Assembly (NCBI RefSeq): GCF_902713615.1
Contig: NC_052158.1
Location: 13,636,546 to 13,700,545, forward strand
Direction: 5' to 3'
DNA length: 64,000 nt
From: Scyliorhinus canicula
Taxonomy: Eukaryota
The translations under genes and the position numbers were made by a program. This document shows, piece by piece, positions 52,051-63,275 of this stretch (within the stretch, counting starts at the first letter, position 1; each line of letters opens with the position of its first letter). The notes below the pieces were generated by a model. The model was given only the letters and a program-made list of their open reading frames with translations, was not told the origin of the DNA and searched no databases.

Positions 52051-52389
52051 GTGGAAAGATGAATTTCACCGTTTACCAGTTTCCCCCTTTTATAACGGCA
52101 GCAGAGGGGGAGTCCGTGATACTGAAATGTGCCTTGGGCTTTGAAGGAAAACATTCGCTTATCGGAGCAGCTCGCTGGACACGGGGGAAACCAGGTGGCT
52201 ACAAGCTGGACAATAGCCCATTTTATAAAAATCGGCTGGAGAGATCGGACAGCGCGTCAATTGGCAACAACAGAATATTCATTAATATCTCCGACTTGCT
52301 TCAGGATGACTCAGACACCTATTACTGCCACGTATCATTCATGGGAACAGAAGAGAGGTGTGGAAATGGTACCCATCTACATGTGAAGC
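52051..52389 (+). CDS. Gene B V-type Ig exon, NKp30/NCR3-like
   Basis: 339 nt, phase 1 to 1, acceptor tttttttttgtttaccaatag, donor C|gtaagt; 96/110 aa identical to gene A V exon. Confidence 0.93.
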
Positions 52390-52789
52390 GTAAGTGACAA
52401 CTTAGAATAACCAGTTTTGAAAACGTGTTCTAATTGAGCGCAGTGATTCGACAGCCTCGTACCAGCAGACGCTTTGCTTCAATCTGCAGACTGATAAATT
52501 AACCTACCCCACTACACTCCAGGAATCTGGGCACCAAGGATCTGAAAATCATTCAGAGTAGATTATGTCATCATTCTCAAATAGTTTGCACAGAATGTGT
52601 TTGCATTTCTGTCTGGGGAATGGGAAAATAGCTGCACAGGGGCTGACGCAAGACATGTGGAATAGCAGCGGCAGTTCATTGTATAACACAACGGGTATTC
52701 ATTTTGATTGAACTCAGTATATCTGAAGTCCCGTTGAAGTCAGAAAATAGAGCGATATGTGCAACGACTGCCCGATGCAAGAAACCTTA

Positions 52790-53105
52790 ATCTATTCGCA
52801 GTGGTCAGCACTGCTGCGTGACGACGCTAAAGTGCCGGGTTCAATTCTCAACCTTGGCTGACTGTATTCAGTTTTTACATTCTCCCCGTTTCTGACTGGG
52901 ACTCCTCCGGCTGCGCCGGTTTCCTCCCACAATCCAAAGAAGTGCAGATTAGGTGGATTGTCAATGATACATTGCCCCATAGTGTCCAACGTTTGGTGGG
53001 GTTAGAGGGAGAGGGCGGGTAGTGGGTCTAGGTAGGGTGTTCTTTCGGTCGGTCGTTGCAGACTCAATGGGCCGAATGGCCTCGTTCTGCACTGGAGAGA
53101 TTACA
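52790..53105 (+). mobile_element. Older V-SINE-like copy
   Basis: gtggtcagcactgctg...ggtttcctcccacaatccaaaga...gggccgaatggcctc. Confidence 0.82.
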
Positions 53106-53219
53106 TGTACAGTACCAAGCAGGCTGAACTAGGTTGTGACGCTGCTTAGAGTCGAGCAGCTAATCTTTGGATCTAGCGCTGAGCTCGGCGTTGAACATTC
53201 GCCTTTCGGGAACCGCTGA

Positions 53220-54575
53220 ATATCAATGCAGGGAGAACAGGGTCAATACACGGAGAACGGTCAATACAGAGACAGTAGTGTCAATGAAGGGGCAGCAGCG
53301 TCAATGAAGGGAGAGCAAGGTCAATGCAGGGAAAGAAGGGCCAATATAGAGAGACCAGGGTCAATACAGGGAGAGCAGTGTTAATTCAGGGTGAACAGGG
53401 TCAATAATGGAAGAGCAATGTCCACAACAATTCCGTCAGGGTCACTCACCTCCTGACCTCATAACAGCCTTGGTTCAAACCTGGACAAAAAGCTGAATGC
53501 CAGAGGTGAGGTGCGAGTGACTGCTCTTGACATCAAGGCAGCATTTTACGGAGCATGGCATCAAGGAGTCCGAGCTAAACTGGAATTAATGGGTCTCAGG
53601 GGGGAGATTCTCCATTGGTTGGAGTCATACCTCGCACAAAGGAAGATGGTTGTGGTGGTGGGAGGTCAATTATCTCAGCTCCAGGACATCACTGCAGGAG
53701 TTCCTCAGAGTAGTATCCTGGGCCCAACCATCTTCAGCTGCTTCATCAATGACCTGCCGTCCATCATAAGGTCAGAAGTGAGATTGTTTGCGGATTATTG
53801 GACAATCAACATCCTGCGGGTTAATATTGATCATAAACTGAACTGGACTAGCAACATTAATACTGTGGTTGCCAGGGCAGGTCAAAACTCCTGCAGCGAG
53901 TAACTCACTCCTGACCCCCCCCCCCCCCCCCCCAAAGTCTGTCCACCATCTACAAGTCAGGAGTGTAATGGAATACTTTCCACTTGCCTGGATGAGTGAG
54001 CTCCAACAACACTCAAGAAGTTTGACACCATCCAGGACAAAGCAGACCACCTGATTGCTCTCCCTTCCACAAACATTCAAACCTTCCACCACCGACGGAC
54101 AGTTGCAGCCAGGTGTACCGTCTACAAGATGCACTGCAGCAACTCATCAAGGTTCCTTAGACAGCACCTTCCAAACCCAACACCACTACCATCTAGAAGG
54201 ACAAGAGCAACAGATACCTTGGAATCCCACCACCTGAAAGTTCCCCTTCAAGTCACTCACTACCCTGACTTGGGAATATATCGCCGATCCGTCACTGCCG
54301 CTGGGGGAAGATTCCACAACTCCCTCCCTAACATCATTGTGGGTGCACCTACACCACAAGGATTGCAGCGGTTCAAGAAGGCAACTCATTACCACCTTTT
54401 GAAGGACAGCTAGGGATGGGCAATAAATGCTGGCCTAACCAGCAACACCCATATCCTGTAAATGAATAAAACAAAATACAGGGACAGCAGAGTCAATGCA
54501 GGGACACCGGGATCAACTCAGGCAGAGGAGGGCAATGCATGGAGGGCAGGTCCAATGCAGGGAGAGCAGTGTAAA
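53220..54575. repeat. ~19-bp minisatellite (gggtcaatgcagggagagca-like) at 53220-53420 and 54475-54575, split by a CR1-like fragment (53430-54460)
   Basis: Repeated gtcaat(g/a)caggg units on both sides; DIKAAF and GPTIFSCFINDLP in the insert. Confidence 0.8.
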
Positions 54576-54624
54576 ATGTAATAGTGGTAGAAGGAGGAAT
54601 CTCGATACTTTCCTTACTTTGGGT

Positions 54625-54945
54625 GGTTAACACTGTTGCCTCACAGCGTCAGAGACCCTGGTTCAATTCCAATCTTGAGTGCCTGTCTGTGTGGAGTTTG
54701 CACATTCTCTCCGTGCCTGCGTGGGTTTCCTTTGGGTGCTCCGGTTTCCTCCCACAGTCCAAACACGGACAGGTTAGGTGGATTGGCCATGCTAAATTGC
54801 CCCTTACTTTCCAAAGGTTAGGTGGGGGTTACCGGTATAGGGCAGGTGAGTGGGCTTAGGTATGGTGCTCTTTCAGATGGTTGGTCAGATTCGATGAGTC
54901 AAATGACCTTCTTCTGCACTATCGGGTTCCATGATTCTATGATTC
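54625..54945 (+). mobile_element. V-SINE-like copy
   Basis: gtggttaacactgttgcctcacagc...ccatgattctatgatt. Confidence 0.85.
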
Positions 54946-56528
54946 ACGGAATTCCTACTGGAAGTGCATTAAAGTCGCAATTTTGCAACGCCCATTTTAA
55001 TATTTTGGTCATTACAGTACCAGCCCCTTGCATTTGTGTACAATAATCCAGACTGGCTCTCCAGTGCGTGATGGGGGGCGGGCTACACTGTTCAAGGTGC
55101 TGTCTTTTGGATGGAACATTAAAGCAAGTGAATCTAAAAAGTCCCATGACCCTATTTCCAGGAGTGAGTTTAACGGCCTATCCTCCATATCCTGATCAAT
55201 AATTATCCCTCAATTAGCATAACTGAACAAAATCAGAACATCTGGTGAGTTTCACAGTGCTATTTGTGGGGGCTTGCTGTGCTCAAATTGGCTATGATTC
55301 CTTCATTGCCAAAGTGGCTGCAGATCCAAAGTACTCCATTGGTTGTGGAGTGAATTGGGATGACTAAGGTCCGGAAAGATAATATAGAAACGCAATATTC
55401 CATTTATTATACCGTGAAGAAATTATGAATTTTGTCACATTTTATACTTTATAAGCATAGTCATGATGTTATTAACACTTGGGTTAAGATGCATAGAGAA
55501 TGCGTGGAAAGTTTTTTACGCAGAGGGTGGTGGGTGCCTGGAACGCTTTGCCAGTGGAGGTGGTAGAGGCGGGCATGATAGCATCATTTAAGATGCATCT
55601 AGACAGATATATGAACGGGCGGGGAACAGAGCGAAGTAGACCTTGGAAAATAGGAGACAGGTTTAGATAAAGGATCTGGATCGGCGCAGGCTGAGAGGGC
55701 CGAAGGGCCTGTTCCTGTGCTGTAATTTCTTTGTTCTTTGTCCTAGAGAGAATATGACTGCTAGTGCTGTGACCTGGCTGTCATGAAAGTGTGATAATCA
55801 TTGATTTGCAGGCGACGTATTCAGCTAATCGACCTTGAGAACCATTTACTTTTTAACAGAGATAGCTAATGGGTAATTGTTTTCATTTGAAAGACCCCTG
55901 CGGTAGAGTTAATTTATGGCGTTTGATCCCGGCTAAACAAGTCAAGGGCCATCTTGTAAGAGGCGACAAAAGAATGCCTTATGCTTTGGTGCAGGTGATG
56001 TAGTTAATGGGAGGAATCAGGACTGTCTGAAAAGACGTTGGTCCGAGAACTCTCATCTGAACAGAGGTGGTTCAGTTTGGTCCTGAAATTTTCTTTCTCA
56101 AAATATTCAGCAGAGAGAAATGCAACAAGATATATGGCTCCACTTTATTCGTGAGTAGTATTTGAAAGATGTTGGCTTGGTTAATTGGAATATAGTGACA
56201 GGTTTAGGAAGTAAGTTAAGGTGTTTCCTTTTACTTAACAACTGTTGTAACTGTTAACTGTAAAGCTATTTTGCGGCTGATGTGGTTAATTTTGTGTTTG
56301 TATTAAACTTTGTTTTTAACATAACAGATACCTATGGGTCGGTGTTATCACCCCGTGGTGCAGTCACAGTTCCTCACAGTTTTACAAATTACCGATAAAT
56401 GGGTTCTCGTCCGGGGTCCTAATAACAAATGTTTACCATCGTGTTTTTATCATAGTGCAAACAAAATCGATTCACCTCGCCATTTTCAGATCAAAATTTC
56501 AAATATTGACTTCAACTCCTTATTTCAG

Positions 56529-56648
56529 GCAAAGTTCCGAAGGAAAATAACGAGAATCCTCACCTCATCCTTGGACTGGGAGGCGCCTTAGTATTGTTGG
56601 GTTTAATCGTAATAGTTCTTATAAGTGGACTCACCTGGCAAAACAAAG
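56529..56648 (+). CDS. Gene B stalk/transmembrane exon: RKVPKENNENPHLILGLGGALVLLGLIVIVLISGLTWQNK
   Basis: Acceptor aactccttatttcag, donor G|gtgtgt, 120 nt, phase 1 to 1; uncharged hydrophobic segment. Confidence 0.87.
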
Positions 56649-57399
56649 GTGTGTATCTCTGTCAAACTTGTTTAATTAATATGTTTGCGCTATAGTGCTG
56701 CAACCACTCCCCATGAGAAGCAACTTGGTTAATGCTTCTATGGACTTTGTCAGGATTTCTAGTGTGAACGGAAATCCCATTAGAGGGAACAATTATTTTA
56801 AAACCCACTTAGGAATTGATGTTAGAATCACGGAATGATTCAGAAAGGAGCCATTCGGTCCGCTGTGTCTGCGTCGGCTCCCCGAAGACGCAAATTCCAT
56901 AGTTCCACTACTCGGCCTTCTTCCCATGGACCTGCATATTCTTCCATTTTCAGCTAACAATCCAATTCAATCTTGAATGGCTCGATTAAATCTGCCCCCA
57001 ACCACAATCTCATACAGCACATTCCAGATCCGCACCACTGGCTGCCTGAAAACAAAACATCTTTTTCTCATATGGCGATTCCTTCTTTGGCCAATCACCT
57101 TAAACCTGTGCGCTTTTGTTCTCAATGCTTCCACCAATGGAAACAGTTTTCCTGATGCACTCTTCACAGGCCAGTCGTGATTTTGATTAACTGTCAAATC
57201 TCCTCTGAACATTCTCTTCAAGGACAACTGTCCCGCTTCCCCAATCAATCTACCGAACTGAAATGTATTACCCCATTATATGAAGAAGGAAATATCCACA
57301 CGCTCATTGTGCTCAGATTCATCTGTACAGGCATCAGAATCCTGTCTCTCCTGTGTGAATGTTAAAGATAAGTTTAAGATATTTTAATAAGCAGTAGAG

Positions 57400-57845
57400 G
57401 GCGGCTCGGTGAAACAGTGGTTAGCACTGCTGCCTCACAGCTCCAAGATCCCGGGTTCAATTCCAACTTCGGGTGACTCTCTGTGTGGAGTTTGCACTTT
57501 TTTCCCAGTGTGTCTGCGTGGGTTTCCTCCGGGTGCTCCGGTTTCCTCCCACGGTCCAAAGATGTGCAGGTTAGGTGGATTGGCCATGATAAATTGCCCC
57601 TTAGTTTAAAAAAGATTCACGTGAGGAAGGAGCAGTGCTCCGTAAGCTCGTGTTTGAAACAAACCTGTTGGACTTTAACCTGGTGTTGTAAGACGTCTTA
57701 CTGTAAAAATGGTGAGCATGGGTTACTGGTTTTCGGGGATAGGGTGGAGGGGTGGGCTTAAGTCGGGTGGCCTTTCCAAGGGCCGGTGCGGACTCAATGG
57801 GCCGAATGGCCTCCTCCATGTAGATTCTGTAGATTCTATGATTAT
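57400..57845 (+). mobile_element. V-SINE-like copy with a nested Penelope-type fragment (about 57620-57705)
   Basis: SINE head/core, then gaggaaggagcagtgctccgtaagctcgtg...ggactttaacctggtgttgtaagac, then SINE tail. Confidence 0.82.
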
Positions 57846-57907
57846 TTGATTCACGATGTTGTTAGCTTCAAACAATTATAGTAACATCTATATTATTTTT
57901 CTTTCAG

Positions 57908-57926
57908 TTATCCTGAGATTGAACAG
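57908..57926 (+). CDS. Gene B cytoplasmic micro-exon 1 (VILRLNR, 19 nt, phase 1 to 2)
   Basis: Acceptor attatttttctttcag, donor CAG|gtacag. Confidence 0.7.
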
Positions 57927-58017
57927 GTACAGAAAATGTAAACTATTATAAAATTGCTGAATATTCTGAACAAAATGTACTGAATTTTAAATTCAAAAAT
58001 ATTTTTGCTTCATACAG

Positions 58018-58046
58018 ACATTCCATTGTAACCAATGCGACAGATG
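58018..58046 (+). CDS. Gene B cytoplasmic micro-exon 2 (HSIVTNATD, 29 nt, phase 2 to 1)
   Basis: Acceptor tttttgcttcatacag, donor G|gtacgt. Confidence 0.7.
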
Positions 58047-58237
58047 GTACGTGAACTTTATGTATTCTGCATTAATTATTATTTCTGGCTAATTAAAAAC
58101 GATCTAAAGATGGAAATTCACATGCAGTTTCATTCAAATAAACGATACGCATTCCTCCTATTACATGTGTTTGTGTGTGTCTGTTATGTATGTGGCACTG
58201 TATAGCTCTGACCAATCTCTGAATTTTATTTCCACAG

Positions 58238-58266
58238 CACCAGCCAATCTACAGCCAGCTACACAA
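58238..58266 (+). CDS. Gene B cytoplasmic micro-exon 3 (APANLQPATQ, 29 nt, phase 1 to 0)
   Basis: Acceptor aattttatttccacag, donor CAA|gtaaga. Confidence 0.7.
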
Positions 58267-58582
58267 GTAAGAGCAATTGGATAATGAGATGTTTGCTATG
58301 TGCAGTGCTAAATGGTTCTGGTGAACAATAGCTTGCTGATAATGCGCCTGACGTTATTTCCAGCGATGGATTTGCTCTATGCTCCACCCGGTTTCAATAT
58401 CCTGAATGTGACTGTGAAGTGCTGATTCTATTGCATAAACACAACAAAATAGAAGTGCTTATGCAATCCTGTAAAATTAAGCTAGTAGTAATCACAATCA
58501 ATAATGATCCATAAGACGATGTGTCGTTCATCACTTCTAGCCCAGACTAATGGGGTAAAATGGTCCTCTCTGTTTTTACATG

Positions 58583-58775
58583 ATGTGGAGATGTCGGCGT
58601 TGAACTGGGGTGAGCACAGTAAGAAGTCTTACAACACCATGTTCAAGTGCCAAGGCTTGTTTCAAAACACTAGCTTTCGGAGCATTTCGCCTGAGGAAGG
58701 AGCAGTGCTCCTAAAGCTAGTGATTTGAAACAAACCTGTTGGACTTGAACCTGATGTTGTAAGACGTCTTTCTGT
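58583..58775. mobile_element. Short palindromic Penelope-type fragment, same family as 43963-44485
   Basis: gtaagaagtcttacaacacc...tagctttcggagc followed by its inverse ctgaggaaggagcagtgctcctaaagctagtg...gttgtaagac. Confidence 0.75.
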
Positions 58776-59485
58776 TTTTACACTAAGGGTTGATACCTTC
58801 CGAATGGACATTGACCCACAAGATTCAAACTGTTCCACAATAGGTACAGGACAGCTTTGAATTGAGTAGAGGAAAATTCGCCTTTCAGGTCATTATACAG
58901 TACGAGCTGGAAATACTGAAATGAAATGAAAAGAAAATTGCTTATTGTCACGAGTAGGTTTCAATGAAGTTACTGTGAAAAGCCCCTAGTCGCCACATTT
59001 CCGGCGCCTGTTCTGGAGGCTGTTACGGGAATCGAACCGTGCTGCTGGCCTGCTTGGTCTACTTTCAAAGCCAGCGATTTAGCCCTGTGCTAAACAGCCC
59101 CATCTGGTCATGCAATGGATGTGATTGCGGCAATGTGCACCATTTGGGTAATATTAACGTTTGTCATTCTATGAACAAACATTTACAATGTGTGGTGGTG
59201 TACAAAGACACACCTTAATGTGATGACTTTTCCCTTTTTATCTTGCACAATTTTCCTGATAATACTTTACCGAGTTTCTAATACGGTAACTCCTTGAAAT
59301 TGTATTTTTTTTTAAATAACTTGTGTCTGCTGTCTTTCTAACCAATGCAAACTTAACAATTTCCCATTCCAGTTAATCGCTCAGCGGTTCCCGCTTTCAT
59401 AACTTTATGCTTGAGGGGATATATGACAAGCGACAGGATGAATTGTGTATTGCCAGGTGTGACTTGCCATCTTAAATTCTCAAAG

Positions 59486-59569
59486 GCTCCCCTTTCCTCT
59501 GCAAAAGCGATTCACTATTCCAGAGTCATTCTGAAACATATCAACAACTGCATTCGCTTTTGTCTGTGA
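59486..59569 (+). CDS. Gene B candidate terminal exon with ITIM (…AIHYSRVILKHINNCIRFCL*)
   Basis: Acceptors at 59486 (phase 0, fits micro-exon 3) and 59508 (phase 1, stronger pyrimidine tract) both read IHYSRV. Confidence 0.55.
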   Translation, partial: APLSSAKAIHYSRVILKHINNCIRFCL

Positions 59570-59667
59570 GGTTAAATAACTTTCCCCACAAGGGACCCCC
59601 CATCACTAACAAACACCTGAGAGAAACTTGAGAATTTTCTTATTTTCTTTTCTCGGAGTTAGAGACC

Positions 59668-61771
59668 AGCGATGGAATTCTCCGTCCCTGACACTAAGTG
59701 TTGACACTGGGGCAGGATTCATGGGACGTCCATAATGGTAAAACTGGTACAACATCTGGACTGATTCAGTGACTGTTGTGGAGCTAGCACCAGCGCCACA
59801 CTTGATTCCAATAAGAAACATGTTCGGGATTCGTCGGATTCTCGATTGAACTCAGGTGGCTGACAAGCTGCAACTGTACACATACAAAACATCCGAGCCA
59901 ACAAGATGACAGCGAGGAGAGTGGCAACCCATTTGATAAACGCTCAGCTGGACACCCTCCTGGACACAGTGTTGGAGAGCCAGGCCACCGTGTACCCTGG
60001 CCCATGAAGGAAGCTGCCAGCCGCCGCCATTCGCCATGCCTGGGTGCAGGTGGCAGAGGTCATCAGCGCTATGAGCAACATCAACCCGACCAGCCTGTAG
60101 TGCAGGAAGAAATTGCATGACCAGCTCAGGGCAGCCAGGGTGCAGTACTGTGCCCCGGCAGCAGCCCTGTCCCACATACCCATAACCCAGCCGCGCCAGC
60201 CCGGCCACGGGGTGGGGCAGCGCCCGAGTCCTCACCCTGCACCACAGGCAGACACCCTTACCAGCCACCATGGCTGGGTGCCCTGGCCTCTGATATTGAA
60301 CTGCATGTGCCGCACTGTATAACACTGTCATTTCCTGTTACTCCCCCCTCCCCACCCCCACCCCCGCCCCCCGTCCCCCACCCTCCCCACACAAGCCATG
60401 AGAAGGCCGCCCATAACCACTGGGAGTGGGAGAAAACTGCAAGGGGACCACTGGACCTGCGAGCCCTGATCGTGGTTGAGCAGAGGGTCCTGGATATGGT
60501 CAGAGGCAAGGGAAGTCGCGGGGTGGAGGTTAGACACAAGCAAGGAAGGGAGGACCATCTGACTTGCAGTTCCCCATGTCACGTGTGTTAATTATCGCCC
60601 CACACACCCTCACACTCAACCCCACCTCACCCAACCCCATCCTCACACCCATCCTACCCCCCACACCATCCTCACCCTCACCCACATACCACCGTCACCC
60701 TCACCCTCACCTCCACCCACCCTCACCCCCACCCTCCCTCGCACACCGCCCTCACCCTCATCCCACGCCACCTTCACCCTCACTCCACCCTCACCCCAAC
60801 ACCACCCACACCCCCACCCTCACCCTCACCCCCTCACCATTCTCACTTAAATCTCACCCCTACGCCACCCTCGCCGTCACCACCCCTACCCCCGGTCTAC
60901 TGTCTAAACATGTATCTTGTCTCGTGATTTGCAGGATCTGCTGGTGATGGCGGGGGCCTTCCTGGTGCACCCCGTACCCCAGCCAGTGCGACAGCTTGAG
61001 CCCTACATGGGGCCAGCAGTGATGATACAGCAGCACGGAAATGGTCTGTCAATGCAAGACCCCAGAGCTCGGGTCCAAGGATGACACTGACGTCCCGTCA
61101 CAGCTGTGTCCAACTCCCCCCACCATCGCAGAGACTCTCACTGGGGTGGGTGGTATGGTGAAGGATGGGGTGCAGGGCTGTTGGGGTGGAGGCTGGGGGC
61201 TGGGCAAAGGGTGTGCGGGGTGGGGGCAAATAAACTGCCGGTGTCACTCTGCAGGAGCAAGGCCAAGCTGGGTCGTCAGTGGGGTGTGCAGCAAGGCCAC
61301 GGCAGGCCACGGCAGTGGAGGTCAATTACTGGGCACCACCCCAGTACTGTGGGGGTCACTCAGCAACATGGCCTATTACCCCATTACTCCCACCCCAGCC
61401 AGCCCGCCCCATGTCCGGTCCGGCAGCCCACAGTCGCGCCTTTCAGTGTCCTACCTCCTCTCTCTCTCTCATTGGCCACGATACCGGTTTCACAATTTTT
61501 AAAAGCACAAATGAACCTCGCCATCCAGAATTCGCCCCATGGAGGCGGAGAATCGCGGAGGTCCAGGAGAATACCAGGTTGGGCTTGCTAATGATATACA
61601 AACGGTATTTACTTTGCGTGCATTCTAGAATGCATTGGTGCCGCTGCTGAGGCGACAGTGAACTGCGATTTGGGGTGAAATTGGCGCTCACCGAGATTTC
61701 GGCATTGGAACCAATTCTCCACCCAATCGCGTTTCCTGATTTCAGAGTCAGCTCATGGAGGATCCCGGCCC
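59668..61771 (+). mobile_element. PIF/Harbinger-type element remnant with Myb/SANT-like ORF pseudogene (59906-60141)
   Basis: MTARRVATHLINAQLDTLLDTV...AWVQVAEVISA...*CRKKLHDQLRAAR with two stops; termini ggaattctcc / ggaggatcccggccc; internal C-rich (accctc)n tract 60590-60900. Confidence 0.7.
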
Positions 61772-62599
61772 ATTTCTTAAGTTGTGAAGTTCCCTCTATT
61801 TTCCACTTGTCCACTAAGTCAAATCTTCCACAGTCCTGTCTCCGGCATTACCCTGAAGTCTGGAATTGGATTAGGCTCTACCTATTTCCCCACATCCCCT
61901 CTAAAATTGTTTCACTCATGATATTTCCAGCTTAATCTCTTGACGTGTATTCCCACTAAACAACTGATCATGTCATTTCCCTTCCTGGCACTCACGCTGG
62001 AATTCTCACACCGGCTGGCACCCATCCTGTCAATGGATATAATTACAAAGGCACTGCAGCCTACCTGTTAAAGTCCCTCCCCATCTCAATAGCCTATTAT
62101 TTGTTCCTTTATTCACATGATGCCGGCGCTACTGACAAGGCCATTGGCCATTGCGCACTAGTAATTGCCCTTGAGTAAATTGTACTTGGCTACTGATACT
62201 CGGAGAGTAAAGATACCCCGAGAGTGCTCCTGAAAAGGGATTTCTAGGATTTGGACCCAGAAATACTGAATTAACTGTGGTATATGTGTAATGCGCACAA
62301 ATGACAACATAAAGTATACTGCTCAGAAACAGGCCATTCAGCCCATCCTGTCCGTGCTGGTGTGTGTGTGTGCTGTACTTGAGCATCTTCCTACTTTTTT
62401 TGTCCAAATCTATCACCGTAATCCTCTATTACCTTCTCCTTCTTATTGCTTGTCTATCTTCCCCCTTAAAGGAATTTATAACATTCCATCCAAGCACTCC
62501 CTGTTATAGCCAGTTTCAGATTCCCATCACATCGTAAAGACGTTTCTTCTGAATTCCATTTCAGATTTCTTGGCGGCTATCTTATACTGCTTGCTCTAT

Positions 62600-63275
62600 T
62601 GCTTTTCCCCACAAGGGGAAACATTCTGAGGTATATCGCCGAGACACATAGGAATCTGGGTTATCTGATGCAGCATGCACAGGATGTTAGTATGCAGGTA
62701 CAGCAAGTGATTAGTAAGGCAAATGGGATATTGTCATTTCGAATACTCTGTAGAGTTTGGGTCTCGATATTTAAGGAAATGCATAATTGCATTACAAACA
62801 GTTCACAGAGATTCACTTGACTGACTCCTGGGATGACGGAGATACCCTCTGAGGAATGGCTGGATACGTTACGGGCCAGCATCCATTGACGTTTAGAAGA
62901 TTTGAGCGGTGGTGTGTTGAAATATTTAAGATCCTGAGTGTGCTTCACAGGGTGAAAGCTGAATGGACTGGAGTGAAGCGGATGTAGTTTAGACATTAGG
63001 CATCTTCTACTTAAGATAGAGACGAGGAGAAATGTTTTCTCGCAGAGGTTTGTGAGTCTGTGGAACAGTCTTTACCGAAGAGAGTGAATGTAGAGTCATT
63101 GAGTATTCTGAAGGCAGGGATGGACAAATTCTTAAAGAGCAGGGTAAGCAAAGTGCATTATAGTCGGCAGGATAGTGGCGTTGCGGACACAATAAGACCA
63201 ACCATGAACTTATTGAATGGTGTAGCAGGATCAAAGGACCGAATGGCCTACTCCTGCTGCTAATTCGTAAGTTCA
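62600..63275 (+). mobile_element. Degraded CR1 3' fragment
   Basis: caggtacagcaagtgattagtaaggcaaatgg, gagtctgtggaacagtc, ggaccgaatggcctactcctgct tail. Confidence 0.78.

Noticed and set aside
60564-60947. Pro/His-rich 127-aa ORF
   Set aside because: Translation of a C-rich low-complexity tract inside the Harbinger-type element
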